Position numbers and translations under genes: made by a program. From IMG/VR virus record IMGVR_UViG_3300049828_000236, positions 1 through 25,786 of that record: DNA of 25,786 nucleotides. One strand, given 5' to 3'. Under the pieces are notes generated by a model. That model was not told the origin of the DNA. It was given only the letters and a program-made list of their open reading frames with translations, and searched no databases. This document shows, one piece after another, positions 7,601-14,963 of this stretch. Source of the stretch: a virus (taxonomy: Duplodnaviria; Caudoviricetes). Positions within the stretch are counted from its first letter, which is position 1. Each line of letters opens with the position of its first letter.

Positions 7601-10062
7601 TTAACCTCATCATCGACATCCTCAAAGCGGATGCCAACATCACGGCCATTACCACCACGAGCCGCATCTACCCCGTCTCTCGTCTCGAGGGCGGCGTGAT
7701 TCCGGCCATCGTGGTGCAGCTGACCAACACCGACCCGGCAGACACGCACGACAACACGACCAACATGGACGTGCATACCGTGCAGGTGTCCGTCATCGAA
7801 GACCGCCCCAAGGAGGCGCACGCCCTTGCGGAGTTGTGCCGCTCGGCCTTGGACGGCTACACCGGCGGGACCATCGCCGAGTGCCGATTCATCAACCAAG
7901 CGACCGACGTCTTCGAGAGTATCGACCTCTACACGCAGACGATGTTGTTCCGGGTGATGCTGGTGCGCGACAACGTCACCCTGCCCACCGCCCTTGCAGA
8001 CCTTGGCATCTTCGAACTTGACGACGTCAGCGACGTCAACGCGCCCAACCCTACCGACGGGCAGGCGCTCATCTACGACGACGCGACCAGCACGTGGATT
8101 CCGGGAGACGTAAGCGCCACCCTCGCGGCCTTGACCGACGTGGCGCTTGACGAACCGCTTGATCGCGAGGCTCTCGTGTACGACGAGGCCACCACATCGT
8201 GGATTAACGGCGGCCCGGCCAAGATTGATTTCCCCGTGTACAACAACGACAACGCGCTCACCATTGCGGTGGGCACAGTGGTCGCTTTCACCGGCGTCGT
8301 TCACGGCGACCGCATGGGCATTGCGCCGTTCAGCGCATCATCAGCCAACGACCCGCGTGTGGTGGTCGGCATCGCGGTGGAGTCCATTGGCTCGCGTCAG
8401 CCGGGACACGTTCGTTCGTACGGCAACGTGTACGGCATGAACACCAACGCGTACACGGTTGGGACCATCTTGTACGCATCGACCACCGCCGGGCAGTTAA
8501 CCAGCACACCACCAACCGCGCCCAACCACCGCATCGCCATCGCCGTGGTGACCAAGCAGAACGCCAACAGCGGGCGGGTGTTCTGCCGAACGTACACGCC
8601 GGCCTACCGATTGGCGGACCTTTCAAACGTCGCATCCACGACGCCCAACCCCGGGCAGGGTCTCGTCTGGAACGGCAGCACGTGGGCGCCGGGCTCGGTG
8701 GGTTACGTGCCCGGGTCACCCCCCCCGGGCGGCTTCCTTGGCAATGTGTTCTATCAGGACAACGCCGGAAATTTGACGTTCGAGGACGCCTTCCGCTACA
8801 CCGCATCGACCAACACGCTTGCGGTGGAGAACATCACCGGAACGACCGTCACGGGCACGGGCGTGGTGAAAGGCAGCAACACCTTCGGGCAGCGTTACGC
8901 GACGCAGGCGGCGACCAACCGGGCGCTTGCCAACACCGCGTCAATCACCGTCGAGCGTTACTTCACCGTGACCGCAGAGGGCAACGGGGAGTCGTTCAAC
9001 ATCCAATCCAACACCCCGTCTGCCGGCAACAAAATCGTCCGCAAAATTTGGTACAAGGCCGAAGCCTTCGAAGCCACCGACGTGAATACGTGGACGCTCT
9101 TGCACACCTTCGCCGACAATACGACGTATGCCAACACCGCGACCAAGTGGCAGGAATACCTTGACGGGCAAACCTACGGCAAGCCGCCGTTCACGATGGC
9201 GATTAGTTGGGAGGACAGAGCGCGCAACCAAACACTGCTGGAAAAAGCGCCGGGCGCACGCGCTGCCTATTCGCTGCGGCTTGTTGGCCTGCCAAGTTAC
9301 ACGGGCAGCGCCATCCGGGTGCGCCGGGCATCGAACAATGCGGAACAGGACATTGGATTTGACGCCAACGGCGAACTGGACACCACCGCGCTGACCACTT
9401 TTTGCACCGGCACAAATTGCTTCATCCGCACGTGGTACGACCAAAGTGGAAATGCCGCGGACATCCTAAACACGACCGCTGCGGCGCAGCCAAAAATTTA
9501 TGACAGCAGAACAGGTGTGCTGACGTATGGCCCAAATTCTAAGCCGACTACCAACTGGGCAGGAACAAATGGCAACGCGTTAAACACAGCAGCAGGGGTG
9601 CTGACATTTGACAGCGATAAGTGGTTCGTCAATTCGCACAGCGTGTACAGTTGGACGGGCACTAATACGTTCAGTTACATTTGGAGCAGCGCTAGCGATA
9701 GGGGCTTTAATATCATTCACGAAAATTCAAAGCAGCGCTTATCTATCAATAGAAGCACCGGATTTGCATTAAATTCCACAGCGAACGCGGCGACCAACAC
9801 GCTGATGGTGCGAACCGATGTTGTTAAAGATACATCCTTGGAATTGTACAAAGACGGAGTTTCGCAAGCGACACCAGGAACCGTATCCCCGGCGGACTTC
9901 GCTGTAATGGCATCGCAAATGAGGATGGGCAACGGCGGAAGCGGAAGTACAAACCACCAAATGCAGGGCAACATTTCGGAAGTGATTCAATACAATTCTG
10001 ACACGAGTTTGGACGCGCTGCGCAGCATCGTCGAACAAGACCAAATTGACTACTACCTATGA
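7597..10062 (+). CDS. Tail terminator (DUF3168-like) N-terminal domain fused to a long fibre with a C-terminal ConA/LamG or GH54-like domain
   Basis: First ~125 aa 'IL.AD..ITA....RIYP......PAIV......VQVSV......A..LA...RSALDGY'; then L.D..DV...GQ.L.Y....W fibre repeats; tip with 'AYSLRL...Y.GSAIRVRRA..N.EQDIGF...WYDQSGN'. Confidence 0.75.
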   Translation: MINLIIDILKADANITAITTTSRIYPVSRLEGGVIPAIVVQLTNTDPADTHDNTTNMDVHTVQVSVIEDRPKEAHALAELCRSALDGYTGGTIAECRFINQATDVFESIDLYTQTMLFRVMLVRDNVTLPTALADLGIFELDDVSDVNAPNPTDGQALIYDDATSTWIPGDVSATLAALTDVALDEPLDREALVYDEATTSWINGGPAKIDFPVYNNDNALTIAVGTVVAFTGVVHGDRMGIAPFSASSANDPRVVVGIAVESIGSRQPGHVRSYGNVYGMNTNAYTVGTILYASTTAGQLTSTPPTAPNHRIAIAVVTKQNANSGRVFCRTYTPAYRLADLSNVASTTPNPGQGLVWNGSTWAPGSVGYVPGSPPPGGFLGNVFYQDNAGNLTFEDAFRYTASTNTLAVENITGTTVTGTGVVKGSNTFGQRYATQAATNRALANTASITVERYFTVTAEGNGESFNIQSNTPSAGNKIVRKIWYKAEAFEATDVNTWTLLHTFADNTTYANTATKWQEYLDGQTYGKPPFTMAISWEDRARNQTLLEKAPGARAAYSLRLVGLPSYTGSAIRVRRASNNAEQDIGFDANGELDTTALTTFCTGTNCFIRTWYDQSGNAADILNTTAAAQPKIYDSRTGVLTYGPNSKPTTNWAGTNGNALNTAAGVLTFDSDKWFVNSHSVYSWTGTNTFSYIWSSASDRGFNIIHENSKQRLSINRSTGFALNSTANAATNTLMVRTDVVKDTSLELYKDGVSQATPGTVSPADFAVMASQMRMGNGGSGSTNHQMQGNISEVIQYNSDTSLDALRSIVEQDQIDYYL
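8017..8694 (+). repeat. Three ~30 aa fibre-shaft repeats (about 8017-8106, 8122-8211, 8611-8694)
   Basis: LDDVSDVNAPNPTDGQALIYDDATSTWIPG / LAALTDVALDEPLDREALVYDEATTSWING / LADLSNVASTTPNPGQGLVWNGSTWAPG. Confidence 0.75.
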
Positions 10063-10448
10063 TGCAGTTTATCATCGTCCGCCCCGAAGGGATTTTGTCC
10101 AGCCCGCAGCGAGCGCAGTTCATCACGCGGGAACTGTACTGCATCACCCTGCCGCTGCAATTCCAAACGCCCGACCAACACGACGGCACGGTGTTCGGTA
10201 TCATTCACCACCCGACCGACGGCAGGGCAGCGTTGCAGGTGGACCTTGACTACGTTATCCCGGTGCATCCGCTGGTCACGTTGGAGCGGCTGGTGTCGCT
10301 CTTTCCCGAAATCACCGACGCGGAGCGCATGACGCTGATGCAGGTGATATTTTCCAGCAAGGCGTTCCGGTTCCGGCACATCGTGCCAAGCACGGTCACG
10401 GTCAGGGATGAAGCGTTTATGATCGCGGAAGGTTGGTTTGAGCCATGA
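10059..10448 (+). CDS. Hypothetical protein, possibly fibre-associated chaperone
   Basis: ATGA-coupled to the fibre gene; function inferred from position only. Confidence 0.7.
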   Translation: MMQFIIVRPEGILSSPQRAQFITRELYCITLPLQFQTPDQHDGTVFGIIHHPTDGRAALQVDLDYVIPVHPLVTLERLVSLFPEITDAERMTLMQVIFSSKAFRFRHIVPSTVTVRDEAFMIAEGWFEP

Positions 10449-10582
10449 CGGTGCTTTCTCCCATCCAACTGCTCGGCTATGTGCTGGCCGGAATGGCCGG
10501 GCACTACGACCCCGCCGGTGACATCGACCGCAACGGGGTGATTAACGTGGCCGACCTGCTCCAACTGCTAACCATGTTCTGA
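10445..10582 (+). CDS. 45 aa micro-protein with a single dockerin/EF-hand-type Ca2+ loop
   Basis: MTVLSPIQLLGYVLAGMAGHYDPAGDIDRNGVINVADLLQLLTMF; ATGA and TGATG coupling on both sides; not in the ORF track. Confidence 0.7.
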   Translation: MTVLSPIQLLGYVLAGMAGHYDPAGDIDRNGVINVADLLQLLTMF

Positions 10583-10716
10583 TGGCAAAATCCCAAACCA
10601 CCCACACCAAGGTGCTGCGCGAAGTCAGCCGGCCGGGCGTTCACGCGAAGACGAAGACGAGCGCCAACAAGAAGTCACGCAACTACCGCAAACCCTACGG
10701 CGGGCAAGGCAGGTAA
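10582..10716 (+). CDS. 44 aa highly basic micro-protein
   Basis: MAKSQTTHTKVLREVSRPGVHAKTKTSANKKSRNYRKPYGGQGR; TGATG coupling; not in the ORF track. Confidence 0.75.
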   Translation: MAKSQTTHTKVLREVSRPGVHAKTKTSANKKSRNYRKPYGGQGR

Positions 10717-10727
10717 TTGGCGTTGCG

Positions 10728-10735
10728 TACATTTG
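10728..10735 (+). promoter_or_regulatory. -7 element TACATTTG, 4 nt before the glycosyltransferase ATG
   Basis: Perfect TAnnTTTG in the short intergenic gap. Confidence 0.55.
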
Positions 10736-10739
10736 GGCT

Positions 10740-11489
10740 ATGAAGGTTGCAATTCACTTTCCGGTGTACAAGCGCGCCCGCATTCGCAACATCGCGATGG
10801 ACGCGCTCGACCGGGTGCGCGAGCAGTTCAAACGCCTCGGCATCGAGACGGAGGTGGTGGTGATTGGCGATGACAAAGACCTGCCTGCCGTCTGCGAGAA
10901 GCGGGGTTACCTTCATTTCCATTTCAAGAACTCGCCCATCGGCACCAAGTTCGAGATGGGGCTGCGGTGGATGCTGCGCAATCTTGAGTTCGATTACTTC
11001 ATGGAGTACTGCAGCGACAACATCCTGCGCGAAGATTGGGCAGAGTTGATGGCCAAGGAACTCAAAGCCGGGCGGGCATGGATTGCACACGACCAGTTCT
11101 ACATCATCGACGCAGCCACCGGGCGCACGCATCTCTTCGGGGGGCGGGGTCAAAGCAACGTTGGGCGATGCACCAGACGCGAGTTGCTGGTCAAATGCCA
11201 GAAGCATTTGGGGCGCTGCTACGACGGCGAACTAATGAGCGGGATGGACGCCTCGTTCCGGGCGAACATTTGGCGCTGCACGGACCAGTTGACGTACCTG
11301 CTCAAGACCAAGACGCCGCTCATCATCGACCTGAAGACTAAAGAGAACATCAACAAGTTCGAGGGGTTTGCGCGCAAGACCGAGCGGTTCCCGCCGACGG
11401 AAGTGGTCGGCAGCTTTCCCGAACTTTCACAACTCAAATCCTTTCAAAATTTAGATCACCATGCCTACAACGGGGAAAATCAGGAGTAA
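10740..11489 (+). CDS. GT-A fold (GT2-like) glycosyltransferase
   Basis: 'KVAIHFPVYKR', 'EVVVIGDD', 'NSPIGTKF..GL', 'FDYFMEYCSDN' (degenerate DxD), 'SGMD'. Confidence 0.7.
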   Translation: MKVAIHFPVYKRARIRNIAMDALDRVREQFKRLGIETEVVVIGDDKDLPAVCEKRGYLHFHFKNSPIGTKFEMGLRWMLRNLEFDYFMEYCSDNILREDWAELMAKELKAGRAWIAHDQFYIIDAATGRTHLFGGRGQSNVGRCTRRELLVKCQKHLGRCYDGELMSGMDASFRANIWRCTDQLTYLLKTKTPLIIDLKTKENINKFEGFARKTERFPPTEVVGSFPELSQLKSFQNLDHHAYNGENQE

Positions 11490-11979
11490 TGCCATCGGCA
11501 TTTACATCAGCAACGAGAGCGCCAATAGCGGCACTTTCAGCGGCGGAACTTACGGGGACAACACGAGCGAGAATGACACCTGGGAAATCGTCGCCTGCGC
11601 GACGTCCGGCACGTTCAGCGGCTCGATGGAAGTCATTGACGCCACCACCAAAGACAACGACGGAGAGCGGGAAATCCTGACCTCATCGCTGTCCTGGACA
11701 ATGGCTTGCGACGGCCTCATCGAGTACGGCCTTGGCAGCACCGTGAAGTCCGGCGCCGACCTGTTCACGCTCTGGAAGAACAAGACCAAAATCAAGTTGG
11801 CTTGGACCACCGGAGTGGATGGAGACATCATGTACTGGGGCAAGGGCTACATCACGACCTACGAAGAGAGTGCGGGGTTGAACGAAGTGGCCTCGTTCTC
11901 GGTTAACTTTGAGGGCGACGGGACCATCTACAAGGCGGTTCTCGACACCAACGACGCTACGTTCAACAACAACAACTAA
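11461..11979 (+). CDS. Major tail tube protein (TP901-1-like)
   Basis: 'VACATS......EVIDATTKD..G.RE.L....SWT...DGL', 'ASFSVNFEGDG'. Confidence 0.9.
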   Translation: MPTTGKIRSNAIGIYISNESANSGTFSGGTYGDNTSENDTWEIVACATSGTFSGSMEVIDATTKDNDGEREILTSSLSWTMACDGLIEYGLGSTVKSGADLFTLWKNKTKIKLAWTTGVDGDIMYWGKGYITTYEESAGLNEVASFSVNFEGDGTIYKAVLDTNDATFNNNN

Positions 11980-12302
11980 TGGCCAACCAACTCCGCGGCG
12001 AATTCACAGTCCAACTGACCGACGACCTGTCGGTGGACGTCGTAATCAATATGTACGCACTGAATTTGTTCCTCGAGGAAGAGGGCGCGGGGTTGGCGGA
12101 CCTTCAGGAGTTGCTCGAATCCAAGGCATTGCGCTCCCTGCCCCGCTTAGTGTGGGCAGGGGCGCGCACTGCTGCCCTTGTGAAGGACGCGCAGTTGCCG
12201 CTCTCCTTCGAGAAGTTCGCCGCACTGTTCGGCTCGGTCGCGTGGGATGAGGTGAGCGAGAAAGTCCTCGCCTCGCTCCAACTCGACACAAAAAAAAAGT
12301 AA
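11979..12302 (+). CDS. Tail assembly chaperone (lambda G-like)
   Basis: Between tail tube and tape measure; ends in slippery A-run. Confidence 0.8.
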   Translation: MANQLRGEFTVQLTDDLSVDVVINMYALNLFLEEEGAGLADLQELLESKALRSLPRLVWAGARTAALVKDAQLPLSFEKFAALFGSVAWDEVSEKVLASLQLDTKKK

Positions 12303-12328
12303 GCGATGGCGGCGGGGGTGACCCGCCA
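12290..12328 (+). other. Programmed -1 frameshift site A AAA AAG plus downstream hairpin
   Basis: ACA AAA AAA AAG TAA; the -1 frame is open (GTA AGC GAT GGC...) into ATG 12332; hairpin GGCGGG-GGTGA-CCCGCC at 12311-12327. Confidence 0.85.
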
Positions 12329-12331
12329 ACG

Positions 12332-12661
12332 ATGCGCGACTATTACGTCGCGTGGCTGGAACGCGGGCGCGATCCCGATACCTTTTGGCGCAGTACCTTC
12401 GGGGAGGTAACCATTATGCTCCGCGCCTACGAATTCCAAGATGAAGTGCAGTGGATGCACACGTCTGCGTTGATGGCCTTGACGGCCAACATCAACCGCG
12501 GAAAGAACGCGCGCCCGTTTGAGTGGAATGACTTCAACCCGTACGCCAAGGCGAAGGCGAAGGTGAAGGCCGCCCCGAAGTTGGGCAAGAAGCATCACGA
12601 CCTGTTCGCCAAGATGACCCACAAATTGAACACCAATGGCGAAAAGCAACGCGATACTTAA
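12332..12661 (+). CDS. Tail assembly chaperone C-terminal extension (lambda T-like), probably made as a frameshift fusion
   Basis: 'P..FWRST.GE......AY' motif; -1 frame relative to upstream chaperone. Confidence 0.8.
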   Translation: MRDYYVAWLERGRDPDTFWRSTFGEVTIMLRAYEFQDEVQWMHTSALMALTANINRGKNARPFEWNDFNPYAKAKAKVKAAPKLGKKHHDLFAKMTHKLNTNGEKQRDT

Positions 12662-14963
12662 CATCATTTTTGGCGCGGACACCAAGCAGCTTGACCGGGC
12701 GCTCGGTGGCGTAGCCAAGAAACTTCGTGGCACCGCGGAGAACCTCAACGGGCTGGGGCAGAGTTTGTCCCTTGGGTTGACCGCGCCCATCGCTGCCTTC
12801 GCCGGCCTTGCAACCAAGAGTTTCGTCGACAGTGCCAAGGCCATCGCCCAGGTGGAGGCCGCGGTGAAGTCCACCGGCGGGGCCGCAGGCCGTTCCGTTG
12901 ACCAACTTTCCACGCTCGCCGAGGGATTGCAGCGAGTGTCGCTGTTTGACGATGACGAAATCCTGCAGAACGTCACAGCCAACCTGCTCACGTTCACCAA
13001 CGTGGCGGGCACGGAGTTCGACCGGGCGCAGCAGGCGGTGCTTGACCTTTCGACCCGCCTTGGCACCGACCTCACTTCGGCCACGGTGCAGGTGGGCAAG
13101 GCGCTCAACGACCCCATCAAAGGCGTCACGGCGTTGGGCCGGGCGGGCGTGCAGTTCACCGCGCAGCAGAAGGAGTTGATTGCTACGCTCGTCGAATCGG
13201 GCGACGTGGCCGGGGCGCAGGCGGTCATCCTTGGCGAGTTGGAAACGCAGTTTGGTGGTGCTGCTGCGGCGGCTGCCAACGCAGACCCGTACACCCAACT
13301 GGCCAACGAAATTGGCAACCTCGCCGAAGAGTTCGGCGGCATCATCAACGACGCCATCAAGCCGCTGCTTGGCTTCATCCGGGACGTGGTGGATGAGGTG
13401 AAGGGATGGAGCGATGAAACCAAGACCCTTGCCGTAGTGATTGGCGGGCTGCTCGCTGCGCTTGGGCCAACGCTCATCGCGGTGGGGGCGCTGATTAATT
13501 CGTTCGTGACCCTACGCGGGGCGCTCAAACTGCTCACCATCGAGCAGCTGAAACTCAACGCGGCGGCCCTTGCCAACCCCTACGTGCTGCTTGCGGCTGC
13601 AATGGTGGGCCTCGGCGTTGCCATCTTTCAAATGTCCAAGCGCGCGACCGATGCCGAGACCAAGGTGGAGGGACTGCGCGACAAAATCGACGGGCTGACC
13701 GATGCCGAGGCGAAACTAGAAAAACAGAAAGCCATCAGCGACCAAGCGGAGAAGGTGCGCAAGTTGGCTGCCGAGTACGAGGTGCTTTCGAAGCAGCGGG
13801 CGCAGGGCGACCAGCAGGAGCAGCGCATTTTCAACCAGCGCAAGCAGCAGGTCAAGGACGAACTGGCCAATGCACAGAAGACGCTGGAGGGCTACCAAAA
13901 GCTGGCCACGCAAAAGGAGAGCGACGCCTATTGGAGTGGCGTTGCAAAGGAGCGTTTAGCCGTGTTGAACGGAACACGCCGGGAGAGCAATCAGGCCGTG
14001 ACCGAGGAGGCTGATGCGCTGGCCTCCGTCGAGCAGCCAGCCAAGACCTACGTCGACACGCTCAACGAACGCCTTGCTGCCATTGATGCGGAGTACGCGA
14101 TCACGGGCAACCTGAACGACCGGGTGACCGCGCAAGCCGAGGCGTACAAGACCGCTGCCATCGCCGCCCAACTGCTCGGCAACGAGACCGAGGCGCTTGC
14201 TCTAAAGCAGGAGATGCTTGCGCGGGTGGCTGCACCGGAGCCGCTTGCAGTTGCGCCATTGGCCAACGCAACTGTGACCCCGGAGATTGTGGTCAGCACA
14301 AGCACGACAGATGCAATTCGTCAATTGATTGAGGCCACGACCGGCGTGGGCACGGCGTTTGATGACGCCCGGCAGAAGGGATTGAACTTTGCCAATGACG
14401 TGGCGAGCGCAATCGAGTCCGCGGTCGAGGGCATGGTCGTGGACTTCGCGATGATGGCCGGGGCTGCACTGTCGTCAGGCCAGGGCATGAAGGGGATGGG
14501 CCGGATGATTCTCACCACCCTCGCCGACCTTGCCATCCAAGTGGGGCAAATCGCCATCGGGGTGGGTATCAGCATCGAGGGGATTAAGAAAGCCCTGGCA
14601 ACGTTAAACCCGGCGGTGGCAATTATTGCGGGTATCGCGCTGGTGGCGATTGGCTCATTTGCGAAATCCGAACTGGCCAAAGCAGCGCAGCGCAGGTCTT
14701 CAGGCGGGGCGGCCGGGGCGAGCCTTGGCGTGCCAGCCTTCGCGCAGGGCGGACTTGTCACCGGGCCGATGCTGGCAATGGTCGGCGACAACCCGTCCGG
14801 CAAGGAGGCCATCATTCCCTTTGAGCGGATGGGCGAGTTTATGAAGATGATAGGCGGCGGACAAAGCACGCAGCAGGTGGTAGTCACCGGGCGCATCAGC
14901 GGGCGGGATTTGATACTGTCAAATGAGCGGACGCGATACGACCGCACAAGAACCAAAGGATAA
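12636..14963 (+). CDS. Tape measure protein
   Basis: 775 aa Ala/Gly-rich helical protein; 'GQSLSLGLTAPI', 'QVGKALNDPIKG', C-terminal 'PAFAQGGLVTGP.LAMVGD....EAIIP'. Confidence 0.95.
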   Translation: MAKSNAILNIIFGADTKQLDRALGGVAKKLRGTAENLNGLGQSLSLGLTAPIAAFAGLATKSFVDSAKAIAQVEAAVKSTGGAAGRSVDQLSTLAEGLQRVSLFDDDEILQNVTANLLTFTNVAGTEFDRAQQAVLDLSTRLGTDLTSATVQVGKALNDPIKGVTALGRAGVQFTAQQKELIATLVESGDVAGAQAVILGELETQFGGAAAAAANADPYTQLANEIGNLAEEFGGIINDAIKPLLGFIRDVVDEVKGWSDETKTLAVVIGGLLAALGPTLIAVGALINSFVTLRGALKLLTIEQLKLNAAALANPYVLLAAAMVGLGVAIFQMSKRATDAETKVEGLRDKIDGLTDAEAKLEKQKAISDQAEKVRKLAAEYEVLSKQRAQGDQQEQRIFNQRKQQVKDELANAQKTLEGYQKLATQKESDAYWSGVAKERLAVLNGTRRESNQAVTEEADALASVEQPAKTYVDTLNERLAAIDAEYAITGNLNDRVTAQAEAYKTAAIAAQLLGNETEALALKQEMLARVAAPEPLAVAPLANATVTPEIVVSTSTTDAIRQLIEATTGVGTAFDDARQKGLNFANDVASAIESAVEGMVVDFAMMAGAALSSGQGMKGMGRMILTTLADLAIQVGQIAIGVGISIEGIKKALATLNPAVAIIAGIALVAIGSFAKSELAKAAQRRSSGGAAGASLGVPAFAQGGLVTGPMLAMVGDNPSGKEAIIPFERMGEFMKMIGGGQSTQQVVVTGRISGRDLILSNERTRYDRTRTKG

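Noticed and set aside
12104-13576. 490 aa minus-strand ORF
   Set aside because: Shadow of chaperone and tape measure genes; Ser/Ala-rich with no recognisable domain
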